Positions 8,083 through 18,571 of a stretch of DNA of 38,553 nucleotides are shown piece by piece. The notes beneath the pieces were generated by a model. The model did not search any database. It saw only the letters and a list, made by a program, of their open reading frames with translations, and was not told the DNA's origin. The stretch comes from a virus. Lineage: Duplodnaviria > Caudoviricetes. The position numbers and the translations under genes are program-made. Every line of letters starts with the position of its first letter. Within the stretch, counting starts at the first letter, position 1. The stretch lies in IMG/VR virus record IMGVR_UViG_3300011443_000032, positions 1 through 38,553 of that record. One strand, given 5' to 3'.

Positions 8083-8480
8083 TTCCATCGATCACTGTTC
8101 TCGAGATCAACGAGGCGTTGTGTAATCTGTTGATCGATGAAGCGTGTGTAATCGGCCGAACTCTCAATCACCTCAGGCAGGAACACCTCTTGATTAACTA
8201 TATCAACTTGTTGAACAAGGGGAACTACGCGCTGAATGCGAACTCGCCAGCCGGGAGCTACTGGAGGGCCCGCGAGGGGATAGACGACGTAGCCCCCAGT
8301 CGGAGAGCCTATCCCCACCACCTCGTAACCAGTCGGCGGAATTGTGCTCAGCACTCCGGTTGGATCTTTTAGCTTGAATTGAAGCCAACTCGCCTCAAGG
8401 ATCGGGAAGTCAAATGTCCACTGATTAACGGAGCCGTTCGCGAGATACGTCACGGCTGATGATTGGTTCGAGACTGTCAT
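8079..8480 (-). CDS. stand-alone tail fibre N-terminal (virion attachment) domain
   Basis: MTVSNQSS..Y.ANG..FDFPI..V.IQRVVPLVQ..PEVIE..D pattern of podovirus fibre/tailspike N-termini. Only 133 aa. GAGAGGA RBS. Confidence 0.7.
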   Translation of the reverse strand: MTVSNQSSAVTYLANGSVNQWTFDFPILEASWLQFKLKDPTGVLSTIPPTGYEVVGIGSPTGGYVVYPLAGPPVAPGWRVRIQRVVPLVQQVDIVNQEVFLPEVIESSADYTRFIDQQITQRLVDLENSDRWN

Positions 8481-8494
8481 TTTGTCCTCTCTCG

Positions 8495-8525
8495 TATGGC
8501 TCTATAAACCGTTTATAGGACCATA
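8495..8525. promoter_or_regulatory. 31-bp imperfect palindrome, copy 1
   Basis: TATGG-CT-CTATAAAC-C-GTTTATAG-GA-CCATA, abutting the stop codon at 8526-8528. Confidence 0.8.
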
Positions 8526-11500
8526 TCAGAAACCTTTGTATTGGAAGTTCCTATTACCACGAGCGCCACTTTGCTTAGTCCCAATGGGCCTCACATGACC
8601 CTCCATGAACAAGCGTTTCCACTCCCAAAAGTCACTCGGTGGAGCCACCTGCCCCGTCGAAAGCTTCTTCGTCTCCTCGAGCCACTTTCCAATTTGCCTC
8701 GTTGAGATCTTCACTCCCAACATTCCAGCAAGCTCGATCGGCGTTCGTATCGGAGGAACAAGAGTCGATGGCTGATTGATGTCCACCTTCTTCCACCACA
8801 GTTTCGTATCTCGTATAAACCTGTTCGGAGTGTCCAACATGCTCGTTGTCGGAATCGAGGCCTTGGCATGTTCACCATGCAGCGCCGCATACGACGCCTC
8901 TCGAACACCGCCGCCAACAAGGCCTCCAAAGAAACCAGCTATCTCCTTCGCCGCCGTCTTGCCCCAATGTTCATCGGACTCCTTACCACGGACGAGCCAG
9001 TGGAAATAAGCGCCAGCCCCAACATAGAAGAAGGCGGCAATCAGCCCGGCCATCACGCCTTTGCCCATCGACGCTGCTGCACTTCCGTAATTCTTCGCGT
9101 TCTGAGCATCTCTCCACTTTTCACCAGCAGCAAAACCAGCCAAGTGCATCTGATTATACATATGGTTCCAGAAGCCGAAGAATTGAGTGAACCATCTCAA
9201 ATACTTATCATTTGCCAAGGCCGATTTATCCATGATTCCGCCTGCACTATGTGCCGCTCGAACCATGCGATCGCCGAGATGTCTTGCTTCCATCTCGTCA
9301 AAACCCTCGGCGATCGCTTTGTTGTATCCAGCGTGCCATGCGATAACTGCTGATCCATAATCCGTATAAGCAATCATGGATTGGCCAAGCCACTCTGCAT
9401 TATACTGCATCGAGTCCCACTTCGTCCACTGACCCAATGAATAAGCAATATCCCGTTTTCTATCTCTCATTCTTATCTGGAGTTCGACCGATTTCTCAAT
9501 GGCCGTCTCAGACATCTCATTGAAGTTATCAGGGTCTTTAAACATATGAGTGATAAGATCGTTGAGCTTTGACTCTCCGTAAGCATCTCCAATTGCTTTA
9601 AACGTATGCCACTTCGCCTCACCAACAGTATTAACCGCCGCAGTTGGACTATGGATAAGCATGGTCTGTGGATTAAAGCCAATATAAACCGACACAGCAT
9701 TCTGCGCCAGCTTACCAAGCATCCAAGCGACGTTCTTCGCCATGTAACCGTCTGTCTTTCCTCCGTCGTTAGCTATATTCTTTAACCAAGGCTTGAACAA
9801 ATCCGCTTGTTGCTTGCCGAACGCATTGAAGACCATTTTATAAAAGCGCGGATCGTTGATGATTTTCCCTGCATTAATCACAGCTTCACGGAACGAGATA
9901 TCGTGGATATCCTCCTTGATCCTAACCGTCAGCTCATCGAAATTCATCGAGATCTCAAACGTCTGTCCCTGACGCTCAGCTTCAGCAACCATCCTATGCG
10001 AGTTTCCGGGCAGGGCGTCATAGATTCTCGTGTCCATAATATCAGTGGATTTCTTTGGATCAAGAAAACCTTCTCGTACTCTCATTATTGGGAAGTAGCC
10101 TCCCGTCCGCCTCTTGTTATCTATATCATGAAACTCAATCGCTTCCGGAAACTCCATTCCATATCCACGAGTCCGTTGATACGCCAAGTTCCTCCTCGTG
10201 TTTATCTCCTGCTCATACATCCTCCAGATATTCTCAACGAAGTCCCATCTTTGCTTGGTCATATTCCTTATGAGCCAGTCGTTGATAATCGTCGGATCAG
10301 TTTTGAGCGTGTCAGCCATAAGCTGACGATTCATCTCATTGCCCCAATTCATAGCAATCATCAGCATCTCAGAAACTTTAATCTGCCTAAGCTCTCCATT
10401 CGGCGCATAAAGGATGTCGTTCTTAACAAGCTTATCGAGTCCATTCATCTTGTGACCATTCGGCCCGTACCACTCACCGTGATCCACCTTCTGCAAAAAC
10501 CTCGAAACAGCCTTTTCAAAATCCTGCTTAAACTTCTGAGCATTCTTCATCGGAGTTATTAACGTCCGGTGCCAAATCCCCTTATCACTCAGCCGATCCA
10601 TCTTTCGAGTCATCGTCTCGACTTTTAAGTGATTCGCATTAACTCCCTTAACAAACTGCCAAGTCCCCTCCTTCGGCTGAAGTGTATCACCAAACTTGTC
10701 GAAGCCCCGAATGTCAATCAAGCTCGCTAACTGCTCTTCTCCGGTCTTAATCACTTCATCAAGATGCAGTTGTGCATCACGCTCGCCAACGAGCTTCTCC
10801 GTCTTTCCTAAATGCAGAAGTGATTTGAGAACTTGATTAAACTCATCAAAGCGGCCGTTCTTCATATCCATCAGATCGGTGATGGGAACGGCTGCCTCAG
10901 CGAGATAAGCCGGGTACGGAGTTGTAAAGCCATTCGCCTCAGCCTCTGCCTTCAACCATTTATAAAGGTCTTGCTCCCCCTTCAATCCAGCTATATCCGA
11001 TTGCAACACCTCTGGAGTGCGGGCACCGGGATCAAGTCCACTTCGTACAAGCAGCTGAAGCAACCGAGTGTTGTACTCCGGAGAAAGGTTCTTGACTCGT
11101 CTCGATCGAGTCAATTTCCCAATATCCATCTTCGCTCGATTAACTTCCTTCTTCACCTCCATCGCCGCTTTCGCCAGCATGGCTTGTTGGAGTTGATGCT
11201 TCTTCGCTTGAAGTGCTCCAGCCAAATCCCCCGCATCTTTAAACTCTTTGGCCTCGCGCCCATGCTTTCCAGCTAAATTCTGGAACATCTTCGAGTTCGA
11301 TGCCATCTCGTTCGTCATATCCCGCATACGCTCTTTCACGACCTTCAGAAGCGCCGGGAGACCAATCAGTTCCGCTCCTGTCAAGTTCGCGAGGGTATCA
11401 AGCTCATCCTTCAGAACAATCATCTGTGCATGATTGAAGGCGGCCGCTTCGGAGTTCTCTGCAATAATCTTATCCAAGTTTCCATACTGCTCCATCATCC

Positions 11501-14500
11501 GCTTATCAAGTTCTTGATTCACCAGCTTATTAAATCGCTTCGCCCTTCCTTCCTTTGTCTCCTTCAGCGAGTTCCGATAATCAAGCAGCTGAAGCAGCAT
11601 ATCCGCCGCGGTCGAGTAGTTAAACATCGAGGCCATCATATCAGCGGATATCGCATTCGCCGCTTCAGCGTCCTTCGCCCATCTGATCCCCTTCATCAGT
11701 ACGTGGTCGCTTAAATTCCCCTCAATGCCCATCGCCTCGAGTTCAGCCTTCGTGAAAACACCGTCAACTTCATCTCTAACAAGCCGAACATTAGGAGCGT
11801 TCTCACCAAGCGCCCTTGACTTCCCAGTCCTCAGATATTCATCAGCTACGATCACGGGCGTTTCCGAGACTTCCTGCTCAACCTCCGGCCTCATCCTTTC
11901 TCTATTCTCATTCCAACGAGTCGATTCCTTCAGCTCCGTCACTTGCCGCGCCGCTTGCAAGACTGACGTAGAAATCGCAGCTTGAACATCTTGAATATGC
12001 TGGTTATCATAAGCCTGCTGTGCCGCAGTCTTACCTTCGCCTGTCGCGAACAGAGGCTCCATCGACATCAAATATCTTGATTGGTCGATCGCCTGTGCTG
12101 TGGCCCGAGCCGCCAGCTGTGCATCCTTATCACCAAGTCCATTCACAACCGCAGTCGTCTGCTCCTTCAACAGCTGTGTACCGAGCGCCGCAAGCGCAGC
12201 GTTTGCGTGGTCGTTAATGCTCTTGATAATCTTTTCATCAGTGATTCCAGTGAGCTTCGACTCCTCCGTAATGAAGGTCCGCATCTGAGCTTTATTTCGC
12301 GGTCCACGAACAAGCGCTCGAATAAGGATCGCCTCTCCAACATTTTCAGGCACCGTGTTCGCCATCAAAGTACGAAGATGGTCAAGCAGCGTAATCGTTT
12401 CCGGCTTGCCGATCTCGGCGTTGAGGTCAGGCGTCTTCGTAACTGTTATTCGAAGCGGAGCGCGCTGAGGCATTGGCGTGACTTCATACACGAAGCCAGC
12501 GGTTGCGTTCGTCGCTCCTTTCTTATCAATCGTGCTGCCTTCAGCGGTTTTAACTTCGTAACCCCTTCGCTGTAGAGCATCGTAGACTCGCATTGCATCG
12601 GGCGAGACTGCCATATCCGAGCGCAGCTTAAGCCCAAGCTCAGCGGCGACCCTCAACGCCTGCTCATAAAGATTAACTGCAACACCTTGGCCCCTTCTTT
12701 CCTCGCCAACAGTCGCTATGCCAACATGCAGCACGTCGCCTTCGACTCGAGCGGAAAGAATGTCGCCACGGTTGGCTGGATTGCGGAAGATGATATGCCC
12801 TTTTTCGTCTGGCTTTGGTAGGGCTTCAGCAACCTGCTCGATCCCCGACGGCGGCATCTCAGTCGTGACTTGTGCAGGATCAAGCTGAATCGCCTCGGGC
12901 TTCGGCGAAGTCGTCGCTCGTTGCAGTGGCTTGATCTTCAGCAGATTCCGGAGGTTCTCAGCTTGTATCCAAGCCTCAAACTGATCAGTAGTCGGCACCT
13001 CCTGCTTCTTCCCCAAGAAGCGATCAATCAGACTCTGTGCCCCTTGCACAGCCTCAGGCGGGATCGGAATGTTTTGAGCGGGAATATCGCCGACACCTGG
13101 GATCGACACGGGCGGCGTAGCTACCTTATCCCCGATCCGAGCCTCGGGGACTTGATTAGGGTCGATCCCAAAGATCGCCTGCATCAAGTCCACATCCGGG
13201 ATATTCTCCTTCGGCGGAAGTGGAGGCTGTCCCGGCTGTTGGGCTTGTTGCTGAGCCGCAATCTGCGCCGCTTCTCTTTCCCTTCGCCTAACCTCAGCTT
13301 GATGAACCTTCAGCGCCTCACTCGGCGACAACGAGCTGTCCCCTTGCCGCACTCCATCCCGCATCTGCTTATAAACTTCAATATCGAGGTTCGCCACAAA
13401 GTCGCTTTGCTTAACTCGAATCTCCGTTCCAATCTCTTGAGCGTTCGCAAGCTGTTTGTCGAACTCAGGAATGAAGCCAAGTTTATCTCTAAACTGAACA
13501 GCAACGACCGGATCGACGTAGAGTGTAGGATCGGGCGCTTGCTTCGACAAGGCAAGAGCGAAGTGCTGCGGTGAAATCTCCCTCGTCCGGTTCTCAGCTG
13601 AATCCGCGAACAGTTGATCCAGCTTCTGTTGATTTCCAAGGGCGTGCTGAGCAGCGAGCGAATCCCCTGTTCGAGTCCCACGGAACTTAATATTTGCTGG
13701 AACACCAATCCCCGTAGCAAGGATAACGCCGTCCATGAAACTCTGGGCAACCTCGACCCCAAGCTTCGCTGTTTCTTCTAAGCTATTGAAGATCGTCGGG
13801 AGCGGCTTGCTTCCAGCCGTCTTCGCGATGTTCTCAGCCAAAGCCTCGGCCAACTTCTGTCCAGCATTGATAACACCACCTTCCGCCTGTGTCTTCACCA
13901 CCTCCTTAACAAACGTCTTGAGTGAATCCCTACCAGCCTCCGTCGACAGCAGATTCCGGATAATCTTATCAACTCCGGAAATAACCATCTTGCCGCCCTG
14001 AGCCTCGAGCACACCAACGGTCAAGCCTCCGCCAACGGCAATCACCTGCTTCTCAAACGGAGTCAAACCCTCGATCTTCTCGATGTTCAGATAAATGTTA
14101 CCTGTCGAAGACACCGCAGCAACAGTGGCGAAGCCGTGGACTAAGCCAACTGCCGCACCACCAGTGAACCCCGCGGCCGTGCCAATAGCTGTACCAACAC
14201 CGGGGATCGCAGCAGTACCACCAATAGCTCCAATCGCCGAGCCTGTGGCTGTACCGGCGACAGTGTGCAATCCGACTGTCGGCAATCCTTCAGCGGTGCC
14301 ACCAAGAAAGCCGCCGACCAAGTTCCTCAAGTAATTCGCAACACCTGAAGCCTCCGGCCTAGCCGCTTGAATCATTTGAAGCCGCTGGATCTCCGGCCTC
14401 AACAATGCAGCTGACGCTTCATCAGCCTTCATCAAGTCCGCGCCAAGCAGACCAAGCCTCGTCGCTATCCTTCCTTGATTATATGCCTCAGACCAGTTAA

Positions 14501-15005
14501 CGACCCGCTCTCCGGGTCGATCCGGCGGTATTAGAGTATCGTAGAGAACGCCAAGTGGATTAACCTCTCTTTGCCATGACCAAGCCTGCGCGATCGATTT
14601 CGTGATCTTATCAAGCGCACCCAAGTCGTCTTTGCTGACAGCCGCCGCATCCGGGCTCGAGAGAACATAATCTCTTATCGCCGGATTCGTCTGGACAATC
14701 TGTGTATCCCGTCTCGAGTTAAAATCCCTTTCCCAAGCATCAGGATCAACAGCAATCAGCGCCGGATCGACGTTATGCTCCCTTGAGAGCCTTAACGCCT
14801 TCTCCATCTTCGCCTTATCAGCGTCTTCGTTCCCAACAATCGAGGCTTGTGCTCGCTGCGTCTTTGAAGCATCGGACTCAACAAACGGGTCAGGCTCTGT
14901 ATCAGCCTGCGCCATCTGCACAAGCGAGACAATCGGCTTCGGCTTCCGAAGTGGCTCGTTCGGATCGGTGATCTCAGTCGGGTCAACGATATCTGTTAGG
15001 GCCAC
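8526..15005 (-). CDS. giant internal virion (ejection) protein, T7 gp16-like position, with an embedded GNAT-like domain
   Basis: 2159 aa, last of three internal virion genes after the tail tube. Gly/Ala-rich hydrophobic stretches. VGEERRGQGVAVNLY...AMRVYDAL.RRGY motif near 12550-12720. Confidence 0.75.
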   Translation of the reverse strand: MALTDIVDPTEITDPNEPLRKPKPIVSLVQMAQADTEPDPFVESDASKTQRAQASIVGNEDADKAKMEKALRLSREHNVDPALIAVDPDAWERDFNSRRDTQIVQTNPAIRDYVLSSPDAAAVSKDDLGALDKITKSIAQAWSWQREVNPLGVLYDTLIPPDRPGERVVNWSEAYNQGRIATRLGLLGADLMKADEASAALLRPEIQRLQMIQAARPEASGVANYLRNLVGGFLGGTAEGLPTVGLHTVAGTATGSAIGAIGGTAAIPGVGTAIGTAAGFTGGAAVGLVHGFATVAAVSSTGNIYLNIEKIEGLTPFEKQVIAVGGGLTVGVLEAQGGKMVISGVDKIIRNLLSTEAGRDSLKTFVKEVVKTQAEGGVINAGQKLAEALAENIAKTAGSKPLPTIFNSLEETAKLGVEVAQSFMDGVILATGIGVPANIKFRGTRTGDSLAAQHALGNQQKLDQLFADSAENRTREISPQHFALALSKQAPDPTLYVDPVVAVQFRDKLGFIPEFDKQLANAQEIGTEIRVKQSDFVANLDIEVYKQMRDGVRQGDSSLSPSEALKVHQAEVRRREREAAQIAAQQQAQQPGQPPLPPKENIPDVDLMQAIFGIDPNQVPEARIGDKVATPPVSIPGVGDIPAQNIPIPPEAVQGAQSLIDRFLGKKQEVPTTDQFEAWIQAENLRNLLKIKPLQRATTSPKPEAIQLDPAQVTTEMPPSGIEQVAEALPKPDEKGHIIFRNPANRGDILSARVEGDVLHVGIATVGEERRGQGVAVNLYEQALRVAAELGLKLRSDMAVSPDAMRVYDALQRRGYEVKTAEGSTIDKKGATNATAGFVYEVTPMPQRAPLRITVTKTPDLNAEIGKPETITLLDHLRTLMANTVPENVGEAILIRALVRGPRNKAQMRTFITEESKLTGITDEKIIKSINDHANAALAALGTQLLKEQTTAVVNGLGDKDAQLAARATAQAIDQSRYLMSMEPLFATGEGKTAAQQAYDNQHIQDVQAAISTSVLQAARQVTELKESTRWNENRERMRPEVEQEVSETPVIVADEYLRTGKSRALGENAPNVRLVRDEVDGVFTKAELEAMGIEGNLSDHVLMKGIRWAKDAEAANAISADMMASMFNYSTAADMLLQLLDYRNSLKETKEGRAKRFNKLVNQELDKRMMEQYGNLDKIIAENSEAAAFNHAQMIVLKDELDTLANLTGAELIGLPALLKVVKERMRDMTNEMASNSKMFQNLAGKHGREAKEFKDAGDLAGALQAKKHQLQQAMLAKAAMEVKKEVNRAKMDIGKLTRSRRVKNLSPEYNTRLLQLLVRSGLDPGARTPEVLQSDIAGLKGEQDLYKWLKAEAEANGFTTPYPAYLAEAAVPITDLMDMKNGRFDEFNQVLKSLLHLGKTEKLVGERDAQLHLDEVIKTGEEQLASLIDIRGFDKFGDTLQPKEGTWQFVKGVNANHLKVETMTRKMDRLSDKGIWHRTLITPMKNAQKFKQDFEKAVSRFLQKVDHGEWYGPNGHKMNGLDKLVKNDILYAPNGELRQIKVSEMLMIAMNWGNEMNRQLMADTLKTDPTIINDWLIRNMTKQRWDFVENIWRMYEQEINTRRNLAYQRTRGYGMEFPEAIEFHDIDNKRRTGGYFPIMRVREGFLDPKKSTDIMDTRIYDALPGNSHRMVAEAERQGQTFEISMNFDELTVRIKEDIHDISFREAVINAGKIINDPRFYKMVFNAFGKQQADLFKPWLKNIANDGGKTDGYMAKNVAWMLGKLAQNAVSVYIGFNPQTMLIHSPTAAVNTVGEAKWHTFKAIGDAYGESKLNDLITHMFKDPDNFNEMSETAIEKSVELQIRMRDRKRDIAYSLGQWTKWDSMQYNAEWLGQSMIAYTDYGSAVIAWHAGYNKAIAEGFDEMEARHLGDRMVRAAHSAGGIMDKSALANDKYLRWFTQFFGFWNHMYNQMHLAGFAAGEKWRDAQNAKNYGSAAASMGKGVMAGLIAAFFYVGAGAYFHWLVRGKESDEHWGKTAAKEIAGFFGGLVGGGVREASYAALHGEHAKASIPTTSMLDTPNRFIRDTKLWWKKVDINQPSTLVPPIRTPIELAGMLGVKISTRQIGKWLEETKKLSTGQVAPPSDFWEWKRLFMEGHVRPIGTKQSGARGNRNFQYKGF

Positions 15006-18000
15006 GGCTGGTATTTCCTTCTATACTCGAGCACTTCCGGCCGGTTCAGCCGCCATTGCCAAACAAGCTCTGGTCGAATCTCGTCGATCTTTTTAACTTG
15101 ATCGTAGGGGAACCGAGCATTCCACTCATCAATCATCTCTCTTTGGTCGATCGGACTCATCTCCTTCTCAAAGTCACGAATCCGCGTCTCATTTGTCGTG
15201 ATTGGAGTACCCCAGAATTTAAGTCCGGGCTTCTTAACTACTTCCTCTCTCAGTATCCCATTGACCATCTGTTTCGTTTCTTCTTCACTCGGATATGACT
15301 TTGTTGGATTCCTCTCTTGCCAATAACGCAGTTGACCCATCAGCCGCTCTTTAAACTTTATGAAGATTGGATTATCTTGTTTTCCTTGTGTATCAAGAAA
15401 CTCATTAATCTGGGCTCGTTCCAGTTGGAACCTTACCTCGCGACTGTCAATAATGTTATTCAGTCGTTTTACCTCCGCGTCACCATTAGCCCCATTCGTC
15501 AGCATATTCTCACGAAGCTTCTTAAGACCAGCGTGCATCGACTTCGGCCACTCAGACAAGTCCATATTCCGCAATATCTCAGGGTCTTTTGAAGCCGCCA
15601 CACGCAGAGCATCCATTCGATTAAAGTCCTCTGGAGTCGGCGGCCGATTTGCATTCGTCTGGTTCATCTTCTCAATCTGCCCCCGCATCCGCTCCTGCTC
15701 AGGCCCCGTCATCGCTCGGAACTGCGCAGCCGACTTCGGATCGTCCCAGATCTCTTGTTCACTCTTAATCGGGGGCTTCTTATCCTTTCCAAAGATTTTA
15801 TCCTCGAGATCAGTTTTCGCCGTATTATGAGCATCAACCTTTTCCTGCTTCATCCGCTCATATTCAGCTCGAAGGTTCGTCTCAAACGCTCTCCCAAGCG
15901 AGGGATCATGTCCTTCAGCCTGAGCATCATCTTTATACTCTTTGATAATTCGATTCACCTCTGATAACGGAGTCTCAGCCGTGATTGGCTTCGGTTCAAA
16001 AACAGGCGGTGGCTCGACAGCCGCCGACTTCGCTTGAGCATACTTCTGTCCAGCTTGAACTCCGCTTGGCTCCGCATCTGAGACTACTGTCCCACCACCA
16101 GTAGAAGTCCCTCGATAACCGCCTCCCGGTCGTGCGGAGACTCCAACATCATGCCCACCATCAGCAAGCCCACGTTCAATCGCAGCCTTTTCCGCAGGCG
16201 TCGATTGTCTCGAGTAAACGCCAAGCCCCTTTCCTTCCTCTCCGCTCGCTCCAGTCAATCCTATATGGACCTTGAGTCCGTCACCGCCCATATAGCCTGT
16301 GCCGGTCCCACCAGCACCAAGCCGTGCTGTTTCCTCAAGGAACTTCAGCCGCCTTGGATCATCTCTATTCGTTATCAAGTTTCCATTCAAATCAAGTATA
16401 TCACCATCAGTGGCCTTGCCATCATTATGACGAACAGTCCCTGTCCAGCCGCCGGGCTTTTTATACATAGCTGGATTGCGATCGCTCGTTTGGCCTGCTG
16501 AAGTGATCCTAAAGATAACACCAGCTACTGGACCCGCCTTCTCATAAATATCCACCAGCGTTGGATGAGGCGGAACTGCCGATCGTATCCGCCCTTTCCA
16601 AGCATGAATAACGCTCGAGCCCGGAGCCGCTTTAGCATCTGGATCGCCCTTTGCTAAGTTCTGGGCATAACCCATAAAGGACTTCGCAGGCGCATCAGTG
16701 ACGTCATCACGTTCCTCAACCTTATCCTCATCTTCATACTCTGGAGTTTCCTCTGTCTTCCCGACAGGCACTGGTTTTGCATCAACTGCAACACCCATCT
16801 TCCCTGTAATCTTCGCCGCCCTCGCTCCATACCACTTGCCCCAGCCGTTCTTCACAACTTCATTCAGTGCGTAGTCAACGCCCTCTTTCCATGTACTTGG
16901 GTCACTCGGGTCTTTTTTATGATCGCGCTTGAAATCACCACCTAAGCCTGGAGGCCGCTTCGCATCACCAGTGAATAACTGGAACGGCCCCCACGAGTTC
17001 TCACCGGGAACCGTTGACTTCCAGTTCGACATTCCCTCGCGCCAAGCGACCTCGAGCGCAGTCCCCGGATCAATTCCTCGAATCCGAGCGGCCTTGACGA
17101 TATAGTGCTCAACAACGGCCGTCGTCACGCCTGGTGCGTAGCCGGGGATAACTTGTGCCGGTCGGCCAGTCGGCCCGTGTGTCGGTGCAGGCTCGGACTT
17201 CGGCCGCCGCTGCTTCAGATCGCGCAGTTGCTCCGGAGTCCACTTCTTATCTCCATACTTCTCCTTCTGTTGTGCGCTCAGTTCCTTCGCATACTTCTCC
17301 GCCGCCTCAGGTGTTTCAAACTCACCTAAATGCTCACCAGTCTTTTTGTAATGTTCAACAGCCTCATCTTCCGAAAGCCGCTTCCCATCCACCACAGTTG
17401 GAATCAGGACTTCCTTACCGTCGAAGTTCTTTGAGATCGAACTCTCGGTGCTAATCGTCCCATCTTCATTCTCGACAGGAATACGAGCATCAAGATCAAT
17501 GTTCCCTTCCTTGAGAAGCCCCGGAGCAACGGGCATCTCTGCTGTCTTGGCCTTGGTCTCTGGATCGGCCACCCTGCGCGAGGCACTGATGTCCGTCGGA
17601 GCTTCATCAAGCGATGATTTCTTATCTGGGGCCTTCGGCTCAGTCGGAATCGCACCCGGCTTACTCGTCTCAGGCGGCCCTGTCGGAGCAAGTGGTTTCG
17701 GTGGAATCTCTCGCCGTGGCGGCGGTACTGGCTTTTCGCCCTTTATCGCAGAATCCACTCCCTGTTTACCAGTTCGTGCAGCATGGCCTTTCGTGATCGC
17801 CTCTTGAACAGCATCACGAGCCTCTTTATTCATATGACGCTGATATTTGTCATAATACTTTTGAGCGTCAACCGGATGGTATTGAGCCATATTCCCGATA
17901 AAGCTCGAGATTGTTTTACTTCGCCGATTATGCTGCTCAACCGGAACCCGCTCCTCAGACCATAAATTCCTCTTCCCTTTCGCAGATGTTTCATTATCAG

Positions 18001-18571
18001 TAATTGTAATTGCCTCTTTCAAATCCTCCTCACTCATTGAAACCCTTGCTTTTTCCTCCGCAGCTTGCATCCGTGCTTCACCAGAATCATCTGCATATTT
18101 AATAACTTGTTTCGTCGTATGCTCAAAACCCCTCAACCACGAGTCCCTATATCGACCAGTAGTACTCCGCGAAACAATTCGCCCAGTTGGTGTGCTTTCT
18201 CCGCCAGCTGCTTTGATTGCATTCTCCTTAATCTGCTGCCTTTCCTTCTCAATCGCGTCCGCTTGTTCAACAGCCGTCTTTCCATCCATCATGCTAAAGC
18301 GTGTATCCAACTCCGTATACTTCTTCATCGTGTCAGTATCAATATCACGCGCAGCCGCTTGCTCCGTCTCATGCTTATTCTTTGAGTCAATAGCACTGAG
18401 GGCGTCACCAAAGCCTGAAATAGCTTGACCAAGGCCAACCAAGGCCCTGCCCTTAGCCGCTCCAAACATTTCATCAGTTGTCTTGATGTTTTGCCAAGCC
18501 GCAGGTGGTGGCTTCGACTCAACAGTCGTCGTCCCCGTATAAGGCACATTCAACAATGATGCTCTTGGCAT
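14996..18571 (-). CDS. internal virion protein (gp15-like position) with lysozyme-like and M15-like peptidase domains
   Basis: 1191 aa. GIDPGTALEVAWREG..SWGPFQL (lysozyme-like, about 16815-17120). ITSA..RHNDGKATD..VHIG (H-x6-D..H, about 16255-16560). Confidence 0.72.
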   Translation of the reverse strand: MPRASLLNVPYTGTTTVESKPPPAAWQNIKTTDEMFGAAKGRALVGLGQAISGFGDALSAIDSKNKHETEQAAARDIDTDTMKKYTELDTRFSMMDGKTAVEQADAIEKERQQIKENAIKAAGGESTPTGRIVSRSTTGRYRDSWLRGFEHTTKQVIKYADDSGEARMQAAEEKARVSMSEEDLKEAITITDNETSAKGKRNLWSEERVPVEQHNRRSKTISSFIGNMAQYHPVDAQKYYDKYQRHMNKEARDAVQEAITKGHAARTGKQGVDSAIKGEKPVPPPRREIPPKPLAPTGPPETSKPGAIPTEPKAPDKKSSLDEAPTDISASRRVADPETKAKTAEMPVAPGLLKEGNIDLDARIPVENEDGTISTESSISKNFDGKEVLIPTVVDGKRLSEDEAVEHYKKTGEHLGEFETPEAAEKYAKELSAQQKEKYGDKKWTPEQLRDLKQRRPKSEPAPTHGPTGRPAQVIPGYAPGVTTAVVEHYIVKAARIRGIDPGTALEVAWREGMSNWKSTVPGENSWGPFQLFTGDAKRPPGLGGDFKRDHKKDPSDPSTWKEGVDYALNEVVKNGWGKWYGARAAKITGKMGVAVDAKPVPVGKTEETPEYEDEDKVEERDDVTDAPAKSFMGYAQNLAKGDPDAKAAPGSSVIHAWKGRIRSAVPPHPTLVDIYEKAGPVAGVIFRITSAGQTSDRNPAMYKKPGGWTGTVRHNDGKATDGDILDLNGNLITNRDDPRRLKFLEETARLGAGGTGTGYMGGDGLKVHIGLTGASGEEGKGLGVYSRQSTPAEKAAIERGLADGGHDVGVSARPGGGYRGTSTGGGTVVSDAEPSGVQAGQKYAQAKSAAVEPPPVFEPKPITAETPLSEVNRIIKEYKDDAQAEGHDPSLGRAFETNLRAEYERMKQEKVDAHNTAKTDLEDKIFGKDKKPPIKSEQEIWDDPKSAAQFRAMTGPEQERMRGQIEKMNQTNANRPPTPEDFNRMDALRVAASKDPEILRNMDLSEWPKSMHAGLKKLRENMLTNGANGDAEVKRLNNIIDSREVRFQLERAQINEFLDTQGKQDNPIFIKFKERLMGQLRYWQERNPTKSYPSEEETKQMVNGILREEVVKKPGLKFWGTPITTNETRIRDFEKEMSPIDQREMIDEWNARFPYDQVKKIDEIRPELVWQWRLNRPEVLEYRRKYQPWP

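Noticed and set aside
8495-8525. Protelomerase target or lox/dif-type recombination site
   Set aside because: It has a one-base centre rather than a 6-8 bp spacer, occurs in three internal copies, and no protelomerase or recombinase gene is visible.
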